Positions 1-9,139 of a stretch of DNA of 64,000 nucleotides are shown here, piece after piece (positions within the stretch are counted from its first letter, which is position 1; each line of letters starts with the position of its first letter). The notes under the pieces were generated by a model. That model saw only the letters and a list, made by a program, of their open reading frames with translations. It made no database searches and was not told the origin of the DNA. A program made the position numbers and the translations under genes. The DNA is taken from positions 1,120,001 to 1,184,000 of the forward strand of contig OY970309.1 in NCBI GenBank assembly GCA_963716395.1, read 5' to 3'. The stretch comes from an uncultured Fibrobacteria bacterium (GTDB lineage Bacteria; Fibrobacterota; Fibrobacteria; UBA11236).

Positions 1-661
1 AACGTGCTATCCGGCTCAGCGCTGAAAGTCCACAATTCACCGGTTCCATTTATCACCTTTCCAGTTGCTTTTCCGGTCGGGGAAAATGATTCGGAAAAAA
101 TTAGGCGCTGGTTCCCTTTACTCGGATCTTCTTCGCGGGTCGCCTGTTCTTTCTTAGACGCAAATTACCGTTGGGAAAATACTCTTCGTCCGAAATAATT
201 AACCCTTTATGGCATTGCGCCACCAATTTCTTATTGCCATTGGGCCACCATTCCTGCCATAAGCCCTCTTCTTGGCCGGAGTCGTTGTAGTTTTTGATTA
301 AAGATGGGTGGCCGGGGGAGTAAAAGGATTCGGACTCTCCATTTAGTTTTCCGTTACTATAATTCTTTCGAGAAATGATATTTCCAAGAGTGTCCCATAT
401 TAAACACTGGCCCTCTTTTTTACCATCAATAAAAAAGACACTATCATGTATTCTCCATTTTTTATCATAGCTTAACAGCATCCCGTTCCTAATTTTTCCT
501 TTATATTCAGAAACAAAATTAAAATTTTTAGATAATCCGCAATCAACTCTTAATTCGATTTCACCATTAGTGGTTTTGTGCTTTTCAATTTGTCCACATT
601 CATAAGCGCATACGAAACAAGGGAAAACAAATATCCCAAAAAAGGAAACACGAATTACCAT
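1..661 (-). CDS. MORN-repeat (YwqK-like) partner/immunity protein, cassette U5; 3' end beyond window, frameshifted near 100-150
   Basis: ORF 101..661: hydrophobic N-terminus, YECG..VDC Cys pair, DGKKEG/NGKLNG MORN-like repeats, conserved YSPGHPSLIKNYNDSGQEEGLWQEWWPNG block; A-type tail continues to base 1. Confidence 0.75.
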
Positions 662-1014
662 AAGCTATCCAAATTATTTTGGGCCAGTAAGGCTCTAAAC
701 GCGATTAAAAAATCTGCATTCGCTTCTTGTGGGTCTCCATTTTCATCAACAAATCCAACTGCATTGCCAAAATCCTGAATCCGCTCTATCCCCGCCTTCA
801 GCGCATCCGCTTTTTGTTTTACAGACACCGGATCTTCATCACCCGATCCGGGTGGCGGCAAAGGCAATTGCGACACAAAGCGCAACACCCATTTGAGAAT
901 GTGATTGCCGTTCGGTGATTTCGAAGCCCCCTCGGTAGATTTCAATATATCAAGTATGACCGGAAAATCCGCATCTTCGCGTGTTTGCATCAAGGTGATG
1001 ATGGCCTGGGCCAA
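655..1014 (-). CDS. Orphan effector C-terminal cassette U5 (conserved 75 aa + variable tip IERIQDFGNAVG...NNLDSLW)
   Basis: Matches effector C-terminal segment at 6462-6686; overlaps ATG of downstream partner gene. Confidence 0.75.
   Translation of the reverse strand: MAQAIITLMQTREDADFPVILDILKSTEGASKSPNGNHILKWVLRFVSQLPLPPPGSGDEDPVSVKQKADALKAGIERIQDFGNAVGFVDENGDPQEANADFLIAFRALLAQNNLDSLW
790..1014. repeat. ~225-bp direct repeat, copy 1 of 6
   Basis: ccccgccttcagcgcatcc...gatgatggcctgggccaa recurs at ~1907, 3035, 4180, 5300, 6462. Confidence 0.95.
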
Positions 1015-1016
1015 AC

Positions 1017-1794
1017 CTATTGCAGCAACTTTTCCACGGTTTGTGAGTCGGCCTCCTGATTGCTCACTTCGAAGCCGTCTTTATAAACTTCGTGCAAGAC
1101 GCGATGTTTGTGCGTGACGCTGTCCGGCTTGGCATCGAATAGCCACGTTTCTCCTGTTCCATTCACCACCCTGCCGGTAGATTTTCCCGCGGGTGAAAAA
1201 GTTTCATAGAAAACCACCTTCGCGTCTTCCTTTGAGGGCTTCGGCTGATACGCTGTTTTTTCCTTTAATCGCAAAACTCCGTTTGGAAAGTATTCTTCAT
1301 CCTCAATCACTTCACCTTTATGACATTGCGCCACCAATTTCTTATTGCCGTTGGGCCACCATTCCTGCCATACAGCCCTCTTCCTGACCCGAGTCGTTGT
1401 AGTTTTTGATTAAAGATGGGTGGCCGGGGGAATAGTAATTTTCATCCTTGCCGATTTGGATTCCGTTTCGATGTTCCCTGCGTCCAACAATATTACCAAG
1501 GGAATCCCAGAACAATGAAACCCCATTTTCTTTTCCATTGATATAAAAACTGCTGTCTTTCTTTCTCCAAAGACTATCATAGTCAACTTGGAAACCATTC
1601 TGAACTTCTCCTTTATACTCTAAAACTGAAATTACGTCGTATTCTTTTTTACCGGAACAGTCGACTTCTAATTCCACTTTCCCATAACGTCGCTTGAAAA
1701 TTTTTTTCTCTCCGCAAGTATAAGAAGATGGTTTACATTGCCCAAAACTGAGGAAAACAAATAAAATCAAAATTAGTCGATTACTGAATCCCAT
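1017..1794 (-). CDS. MORN-repeat partner/immunity protein, cassette U4 (B-type tail); single +1 frameshift at ~1373
   Basis: ORFs 1342..1893 (from MGFSNRLIL) and 1017..1337 join if the extra C at ~1373 (tacagccc vs taagccc in other copies) is removed. Confidence 0.75.
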
Positions 1795-2131
1795 TTTCTT
1801 CGAGCAAATTATGGAATTGGTGCAAAAACCCAGCGTTCCGGTTTTGTTTTCTTCTGTTTTCATCAAAGTACCCTTCACCCTCGCCAAAATCATTAATCCG
1901 TTTAATCCCCGCCTTCAGCGCATCCGTTTTTTGTTTTACAGACACCGGATCTTCATCACCCGATCCGGGTGGCGGCAAAGGCAATTGCGACACAAAGCGC
2001 AACACCCATTTGAGAATGTGATTGCCGTTCGGTGATTTCGAAGCCCCCTCGGTAGATTTCAATATATCGAGTATGACCGGAAAATCCGCATCTTCGCGTG
2101 TTTGCATCAAGGTGATGATGGCTTGGGCCAA
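1781..2131 (-). CDS. Orphan effector C-terminal cassette U4 (tip IKRINDFGEGEG...EENGIQ)
   Basis: C-terminal part of ORF 1781..2287; TTG at 2131 equivalent to other cassettes. Confidence 0.72.
   Translation of the reverse strand: MAQAIITLMQTREDADFPVILDILKSTEGASKSPNGNHILKWVLRFVSQLPLPPPGSGDEDPVSVKQKTDALKAGIKRINDFGEGEGYFDENRRKQNRNAGFLHQFHNLLEENGIQ
1907..2131. repeat. ~225-bp direct repeat, copy 2
   Basis: Near-identical to 790-1014. Confidence 0.95.
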
Positions 2132-2133
2132 AT

Positions 2134-2921
2134 CTATTGCAGCAACTTTTCCACGGTTTTGGCGTCGGCCTGTGCGTTGTGGACTTCGCAGGCCATTCTT
2201 GAAGATTTCTTGCTCCACCCTATAACGCTTTAACGTGCTATCCGGCTCAGCGCTGAAAGTCCACAATTCACCGGTTCCATTTATCACCTTTCCAGTTGCT
2301 TTTCCGGTCGGGGAAAATGATTCGGAAAAAATTAGGCGCTTGCGTTCCCTTTACTCGGATCTTCTTCGCGGGTCGCCTGTTCTTTCTAGACGCAAAATTA
2401 CCGTTGGGAAAATACTCTTCGTCCGAAATAATTAACCCTTTATGACATTGCGCCACCAATTTCTTATTGCCATTGGGCCACCATTCCTGCCATAAGCCCT
2501 CTTCTTGGCCGGAGTCGTTGTAGTTTTTGATTAAAGATGGGTGGCCGGGGGAATAGTAATTTTCATCCTTGCCGATTTGGATTCCGTTTCGATGATTCCC
2601 TGCGTCCAACAATATTACCAAGGGAATCCCAGAACAATGAAACCCCATTTTCTTTTCCATTGATATAAAAACTGCTGTCTTTCTTTCTCCAAAGACTATC
2701 ATAGTGAACTTGGAATACCATTCTGAACTTCTCCTTTATATTCTAAAACTGAAATTACGTCGTATTCGTTTTTTAGCCGGAACAGTCGACTTCTAATTCC
2801 ACTTTCCCATAACGTCGCTTGAAAATTTTTTTCTCTCCGCAAGTATAAGAAGATGGTTTACATTGCCCAAAACAATGAGGAAAACAAATAAAATCAAAAT
2901 TAGTCGATTACTGAATCCCAT
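2134..2921 (-). pseudogene. MORN-repeat partner, cassette U3 (N-domain as U4, A-type tail); multiple indels, possibly sequence errors
   Basis: 2553-2921 is nearly identical to 1432-1794 with scattered insertions; tail resembles 1-210 and 5527-5850. Confidence 0.65.
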
Positions 2922-3259
2922 TTTCTTCGAGCAAATTATGGAATTGGTGCAAAAAACCCAGCGTTCCGGTTTTGTTTTCTTCTGTTTTCATCAAAGTACC
3001 CTTCACCCTCGCCAAAATCATTAATCCGTTTAATCCCCGCCTTCAGCGCATCCGCTTTTTGTTTTACAGACACCGGATCTTCATCACCCGATCCGGGTGG
3101 CGGCAAAGGCAATTGCGACACAAAGCGCAACACCCATTTGAGAATGTGATTGCCGTTCGGAGATTTCGAAGCCCCCTCGGTAGATTTCAATATATCGAGT
3201 ATGACCGGAAAATCCGCATCTTCGCGTGTTTGCATCAAGGTGATGATGGCTTGGGCCAA
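2908..3259 (-). CDS. Orphan effector C-terminal cassette U3 (tip duplicate of U4; +1 in an A-run near 2951-2956)
   Basis: ORF 2936..3259; equals U4 if one A is removed. Confidence 0.65.
3035..3259. repeat. ~225-bp direct repeat, copy 3
   Basis: Near-identical to 790-1014. Confidence 0.95.
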
Positions 3260-3261
3260 AT

Positions 3262-4054
3262 CTATTGCAGCAACTTTTCCACGGTTTTGGCGTCGGCCTC
3301 CTGCATTGCTCGACTTCGAAGCCGTCTTTATAAACTTCGTGCAAGACGCGATAACGCTTTATGCGTGAAGCTGTCCGGCTTGGCACTCGAATAGCCACGT
3401 TTCTCCTGTTCCATTCACCACCTTGCCGGTAGATTTTCCGGTCGGGTGAAAAAGTTTCATAGAAAACCAGGCGCTTCGCGTCTTCCTTTGACTCGGGTCT
3501 TCGTCGCTGATACGCCTGTTTTTTCCTTTAGATCGCAAAACTACCGTTTGGAAAGTATTCTTCATCCTCAATCACTTCACCCTTTATGACATTGCGCCAC
3601 CAATTTCTTATTGCCATTGGGCCACCATTCCTGCCATAAGCCCTCTTCTTGGCCCGAGTCGTTGTAATGTGATTAATGTGCTCGGCTTATTGGGGGCGTA
3701 AAATGTTGTGCGAACTCCGACGGGATATCCATTTACATAATGGGTTTTTTCAACAATATTTCCAAGTGAATCCCAGACTAAACAATTTCCGTTCTTTTTC
3801 CCCTCCACATAGAAGCAACTATCGTGTTTTATCCATCGGACAGGCCCTGAATTTGTTTTGTTAAAGCTCATGGATATCCCGCTTCGCCGGCCATTTTGAT
3901 ATTCGGATACGAATTTCGTATTCGTGTCGAGTTTACAGTTCACACGTAATTCAACTGTTCCATATGGTTTTGAATATGTTGCCCTGGTACCGCATTCATA
4001 TTCATCCGAAAAACAGATTTGAAAAAGAAGAGCGATAATCAGCAACCTGATCAT
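3262..4054 (-). CDS. MORN-repeat partner, cassette U2 (distinct N-domain, A/B hybrid tail); frameshifted after ~3668
   Basis: ORF 3608..4054 MIRLLIIALLFQICFSDEYECG..VNC; tail fragments in ORFs 3359..3571 and 3084..3398. Confidence 0.7.
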
Positions 4055-4404
4055 AAACCACTCAAACCATTTTTTTGCATGAGGTCAGCAAAATCTGATA
4101 AAAAGTCCTCGTCTTTATCTCGATATTTATCTGTTGGTTTAAGATTTTTTGCGAGCCCGTAATTATTTAACAACTGTTTCCCCGCCTTCAGCGCATCCGC
4201 TTTTTGTTTTACGGCCACCGGATCTTCATCACCCGATCCGGGTGGCGGCAAAGGCAATTGCGACACAAAGCGCAACACCCATTTGAGAATGTGATTGCCG
4301 TTCGGTGATTTCGAAGCCCCCTCGGTAGATTTCAATATATCGAGTATGACCGGAAAATCCGCATCTTCGCGTGTTTGCATCAAGGTGATGATGGCCTGGG
4401 CCAA
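4051..4404 (-). CDS. Orphan effector C-terminal cassette U2 (tip KQLLNNYGLAK...KNGLSGL)
   Basis: Intact 117-aa ORF; ATGA overlap with partner gene. Confidence 0.75.
   Translation of the reverse strand: MAQAIITLMQTREDADFPVILDILKSTEGASKSPNGNHILKWVLRFVSQLPLPPPGSGDEDPVAVKQKADALKAGKQLLNNYGLAKNLKPTDKYRDKDEDFLSDFADLMQKNGLSGL
4180..4404. repeat. ~225-bp direct repeat, copy 4
   Basis: Near-identical to 790-1014. Confidence 0.95.
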
Positions 4405-4406
4405 AC

Positions 4407-5177
4407 CTATTGCAGCAACTTTTCCACGGTTTGTGAGTCGGCCTCCTGATTGCTCACTTCGAAGCCGTCTTTATAAACTTCGTGCAAGACGCGATGTTTG
4501 TGCGTGACGCTGTCCGGCTTGGCATCGAATAGCCACGTTTCTCCTGTTCCATTCACCACCCTGCCGGTAGATTTTCCCGCGGGTGAAAAAGTTTCATAGA
4601 AAACCACCTTCGCGTCTTCCTTTGAGGGCTTCGGCTGATACGCTGTTTTTTCCTTTAATCGCAAAACTCCGTTTGGAAAGTATTCTTCGTCCTCAATCAC
4701 TTCACCTTTATGACATTGCGCCACCAATTTCTTATTGCCATTGGGCCACCATTCCTGCCATAAGCCCTCTTCTTGGCCGGAGTCGTTGTAGTTTTTGATT
4801 AAAGATGGGTGGCCGGGGGAATAGTAGAATTCTTTCTTCCCAATCTGTACTCCCATACGATGATTTTCGCGGCCAACGAGGTTGCCGAGCGTATCCCAAT
4901 AAAGACATTCGCCGTTTTCTTTTCCGTCCACAAAAAAACTGCTGTCTTTTTTGCGCCAAAGACTATCGTAATGTATTGCAATGCCATTTTGATTATCGTT
5001 TTTAAATTCTAATACGGATATATTGTTGTCTGTTTTATCAGACAAAAAGCTACAATCGACTTGCAGTTTTACTAGGCCGTAGGGTTTTTTAACAGTATTC
5101 GATTCGCCACATGAAAATGGGTTACCAGTATTCGCGTTTATCATGGATGCTGCGATTAAATAAAACAGAAATTTCAT
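4407..5177 (-). CDS. MORN-repeat partner/immunity protein, cassette U1, intact 256 aa (B-type tail)
   Basis: Signal peptide MKFLFYLIAASMINA, FSCG..VDC Cys pair, repeated G(K/V)xxG..YY..G MORN-variant motifs. Confidence 0.85.
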   Translation of the reverse strand: MKFLFYLIAASMINANTGNPFSCGESNTVKKPYGLVKLQVDCSFLSDKTDNNISVLEFKNDNQNGIAIHYDSLWRKKDSSFFVDGKENGECLYWDTLGNLVGRENHRMGVQIGKKEFYYSPGHPSLIKNYNDSGQEEGLWQEWWPNGNKKLVAQCHKGEVIEDEEYFPNGVLRLKEKTAYQPKPSKEDAKVVFYETFSPAGKSTGRVVNGTGETWLFDAKPDSVTHKHRVLHEVYKDGFEVSNQEADSQTVEKLLQ

Positions 5178-5524
5178 TTTATCGAATTTGTTTCTAAAAG
5201 TATGTGAATGTGCGCCAGAAAAACGTCGTTTCGTTTCGCCGGATCCCCTCTTTCGTCTACATATCCTTCACCTTTCCCGAACTTTTCAATCCGCTCTATC
5301 CCCGCCTTCAGCGCATCCGCTTTTTGTTTTACAGACACCGGATCTTCATCACCCGATCCGGGTGGCGGCAAAGGCAATTGCGACACAAAGCGCAACACCC
5401 ATTTGAGAATGTGATTGCCGTTCGGAGATTTCGAAGCCCCCTCGGTAGATTTCAATATATCGAGTATGACCGGAAAATCCGCATCTTCGCGTGTTTGCAT
5501 CAAGGTGATGATGGCCTGGGCCAA
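5174..5524 (-). CDS. Orphan effector C-terminal cassette U1 (tip IERIEKFGKGEG...ETNSIK)
   Basis: C-terminal part of ORF 5174..5683; ATGA overlap with 4407..5177. Confidence 0.75.
   Translation of the reverse strand: MAQAIITLMQTREDADFPVILDILKSTEGASKSPNGNHILKWVLRFVSQLPLPPPGSGDEDPVSVKQKADALKAGIERIEKFGKGEGYVDERGDPAKRNDVFLAHIHILLETNSIK
5300..5524. repeat. ~225-bp direct repeat, copy 5
   Basis: Near-identical to 790-1014. Confidence 0.95.
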
Positions 5525-5526
5525 AT

Positions 5527-6343
5527 CTATTGCAGCAACTTTTCCACGGTTTTGGCGTCGGCCTGTGCGTTGCTGCACTCGCAGGCCATTCTTGAAGATT
5601 TCTTGCTCGACGCTATAACGCTTTATGCGTGAGCTATCCGGCTCAGCGCTGAAAGTCCACAATTCACCGGTTCCATTTATCACTTTTCCAGTTGATTTTC
5701 CGGTCGGGGAAAATGATTCGGAAAAAATTAGGCGCTTCGCGTCTCCCTTTGACTCGGATCTTCTTCGCGGGTACGCCTGTTCTTTCCTTTAGATCGCAAA
5801 TTACCGTTTGGAAAATATTCTTCGTCCGAAATAACTTAACCCTTTATGGCATTGCGCCACCAATTTCTTATTGCCATTGGGCCACCATTCCTGCCATAAG
5901 CCCTCTTCTTGACCCGAGTCGTTGTAGTTTTTGATTAAAGATGGGTGGCCGGGGGAATAGTAATTCTTCACTCCTTGCCGATTTGGATTCCGTTTCGATA
6001 ATTCCCTTTCCGCACGATACTTGACCCAAGCGTATCCCAGAACAATCAAATTCCATTTTTTTTACCGTTAAGATAAAAACTGCTGTCGTTTTTTTAGTCG
6101 CGCTATAAGACTATCATAGTGAACTGGCAATACCATTTTGAATCCGCCTTTGATATTCGAAAACCGAAATTATGTTATCCTCTAATTAGTCTGCAATCGA
6201 CGCGAAGCTCCACTTCGCCATAGGAACGTGCTTGAACTTTTTCTTTTTCTCCGCAAGTATAAGTTTGCATGTGCAGATAGTTTGAGATGACTAACACAGG
6301 AAAAACATAAAGCCTTAGATTAATCGAGCTATCTTAATCCCAT
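5527..6343 (-). pseudogene. Cognate MORN-repeat partner of the full-length effector (U0), heavily frameshifted as given; start approximate
   Basis: Recognisable pieces: ..TCGEK..YGEVELRVDC.., YSPGHPSLIKNY block at 5846-5956, mostly A-type tail. Confidence 0.6.
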
Positions 6344-8997
6344 TCTCTTTGAGTAGATTATGAAATTCGGATACAAAAAACCGGCATTTGCAGTCCTGCT
6401 CTTTATTGTTCTCATCGAACATTTACCCCTTCGCCCGCTCCAAATTCTTAATCCGCTTTATCCCCGCCTTCAGCGCATCCGCTTTTTGTTTTACAGACAC
6501 CGGATCTTCATCACCCGATCCGGGTGGCGGCAAAGGCAATTGCGACACAAAGCGCAACACCCATTTGAGAATGTGATTGCCGTTCGGTGATTTCGAAGCC
6601 CCCTCGGTAGATTTCAATATATCGAGTATGACCGGAAAATCCGCATCTTCGCGTGTTTGCATCAAGGTGATGATGGCCTGGGCCAAACCTTCGGGAGGAA
6701 CACTTTTATAAATGGTTTGGCGCAGAGGAGCGCCCACAATTTGCTCTTTCACGATGGCTAAATCATGCAGATTTTCCGACAGCCAGTGTTTAAAATTGCT
6801 CACCCGATTGATGGCATAATCGGCGCCCATGGCTAGGGTTATTTTCCGATTCCGCGACTAAGGCGAAGCTATAGTTCTTGTACGCCGTGAAGGCGTCGTC
6901 GATTTCCTTCACATAATGAGAATCGACGGAGTACAGCAAATGCCCTAAAAATTCGCAGCCTTGCTTGGCGTCGACTTCCCAGGTCAAACCGCTGCCGCCG
7001 CCCAAACCCCAAGCCAGGCTCCAGGCAAAATGAAAACGAAACCGCCCGGCACTATAACTCACATGAAAGGATAAGTCGGCCGCAGCGCCGGCCGTGCCTT
7101 TCAGTTCGCCTTCGATCTCGGCCAAATCCGCAAATTCTTGGTGCGCGTCCGGACTCCATTGCGCCGAGAAGGTTATGCCGGCCGTGCCTTGCACGCCGGC
7201 CACCGCATGCACATCGGCTTTGGCCGAAGTTTCACTTTTGGACTTCGATTCCTGGTTGTCGGATTTCTTGTCCTGGCTCAAATCCACGGCCGGAAAGGAA
7301 ATGCAGCCGTTGGCCGATAGGCCCACGAACAATCCGGCTTTGCCGTCTATGCAGATCCGCACCAGGCATTGACCGTTGTTCTCGCGGCAAGAATTTTGGG
7401 CTTTGGGATTGCACAAAGTGGGCAGCAAATCCAATCCTTCGCGCTGGGGCAGAAAAATCTTGCCTGAAAGTTTGCCCTCAAACAAGGCGAAAGACGCGTC
7501 GCCCGAAGCCTGCAAGGAAATTTTTTTGTCTTTGAGATCAAATTCCGCTTTTCCGCTATAACCCAGGGCATAACGCCCGAGGGCCGCTTCGGGGGTGAAC
7601 TGAAACACATCGTTAGGGTTGGTTTTTTGATCCGACTTTCGCGGCCATTTCCAGACGCCGCCGACGACAGGTTCGCTTTCAAACAACTTGGCCTTCAGTT
7701 TCCCTTTCCATAGGGATTTGTCCTCCCCGTCACTTTTATTTCGCTTCAGCAATTTGTCCAGGCGCTTCTGCAAGGATTGATCCGAGGCCTTGACCCATTT
7801 CCCGGGAATTTTGCGGCCGTCTTGGCGCCAAGCCGCAGGCACGTGCACGAAATCCGTCGGCTGGCCCCAACGCGGGTTTTTCTGCACGGTCAACAATTCA
7901 TCCAAACCTTTTTCGACATCGCCGCCGGGCTTGCCTTCGAACAGTGCTTCCCATTCTTTCCGCACCTTTTCCAATTCCTGGGTGCGCGCTTTGGAATCGC
8001 TTTGCTTCCAGGCCTCGGCGGTTTTGCCCCGCAAAGCCTGGGATTTGTTCACATGGGTCGAAAAGGCATTGAAGTCCTCCTGCACTTCCAACATCAGGTA
8101 TTCTTCATTCCGCGGACTATAAAAAATGCAGCCATCAAAATCATCCTCGGTGATTTTCAACCCCCCGCTCTTCACTTCGAGCTTGGGCGAGGATTTTTTG
8201 GCCTTGAAGTAGAACGCATCGCCCGGCTTCAGCGGACCCATGCGCGTTTTTTCCGGCACACACCATTTGGCCACGGCGGCATGGTCGTTGCGTTTTTTCC
8301 CCACGGTTCCGGAATAGGTATTCACCATTTCATCCGATCCGCTTTGGCCTTTGCGGAATAGTTCGAAATGAATGAGATCGCCGGGCATGAGCCCGTCGGT
8401 ATCGACTTTGAAATGCACGATGTCGCCGATGGCGGCTTCGGTGAGAATGCTTTCTGAACTGCCGGGCTTGGTATCGTCTTCGATGTAAGCAAAACCCGGG
8501 TTCAAAAGCGCCGGTTCCGCCTCTTGGCTTTGCGCCGCCGCTGCATCCGCATCCTCGGACTTTTTCCTTTTAGGGTTGGCGCGGGCCAAGGCGCGCGTAT
8601 AGGCCCAATACAGGGCGTGCACGGCATGGTCGAGATGCGAGCCGGGAGCGACCACCAGCCACGATTCCCGGTGGTGCGGAATTTCGTGGGCGAGAAGGTG
8701 AAGGGGAGAATCTTCGGGGCGGCGCGGATATCCCGTGACGCGGGGAGGTCCGGTGCGGTACAACTCTTCCAACTCGTTGCGGTTCAACCTTTGCAAAACC
8801 CTTTCGAGGTCCAGCTGCGTCTGGTTTTTCAGCCAGGCCGGGCATTCCTTCGGCAGCCTGGGACAGGGGCCGAGGTAGTGAAATCCCCGTATGCGCGGGC
8901 TGCCCCCCAGGTAACGGCAAGGTTTCCAGGGGCAATCTTTACAGCAAGGCGCCGGGTAGGGCAAAGCTTCGGAAGGTACGGAAGCGGTTTCAGGCAT
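6315..8997 (-). CDS. Large putative polymorphic effector/toxin (~890 codons if frameshifts near 6843 and 6380-6440 are repaired); end approximate
   Basis: ORF 6790..8997 (735 aa) joins ORF 6423..6830 by removing one T from the run at 6842-6845 (..AESE-ITLAMGADY..); the C-terminus carries the 225-bp repeat and its own tip; SD-like GAAGG upstream of ATG. Confidence 0.7.
6462..6686. repeat. ~225-bp direct repeat, copy 6 (inside full-length effector)
   Basis: Same repeat, in frame after ..KSVPPEG. Confidence 0.95.
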
Positions 8998-9139
8998 GGC
9001 CCTTCATTTCCTCTAAACGGCCGAACATCTGCTCCGACAATCTATGATCCTTTTATTCACCCGGGCCCTCGGAAATGGGAATCAATTGCGCCGATTTGGA
9101 ATCCTAAACGACTTGGGTTACCGATCCATCGCGCATCTT

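Noticed and set aside
4407-5177. Classical cytoplasmic YwqJK-type toxin-antitoxin pair
   Set aside because: Partners carry signal peptides and the upstream ORFs have no deaminase motif; only the MORN-repeat similarity holds
1781-5683. Partner-tail/effector-tip fusion proteins (ORFs 1781..2287 and 5174..5683)
   Set aside because: Each read-through is caused by a different single-base insertion; removing it restores ..RVHNAQADAKTVEKLLQ-stop as in the other units
790-6686. CRISPR array
   Set aside because: Repeats are 225 bp and protein-coding with ~900-bp coding intervals; no cas genes
1-6700. Shufflon/invertible cassette system
   Set aside because: All units are in direct orientation; no inverted recombination sites or recombinase seen
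1-8997. Diversity-generating retroelement
   Set aside because: No reverse transcriptase in the window; differences between units involve all bases and indels, not adenine-specific changes
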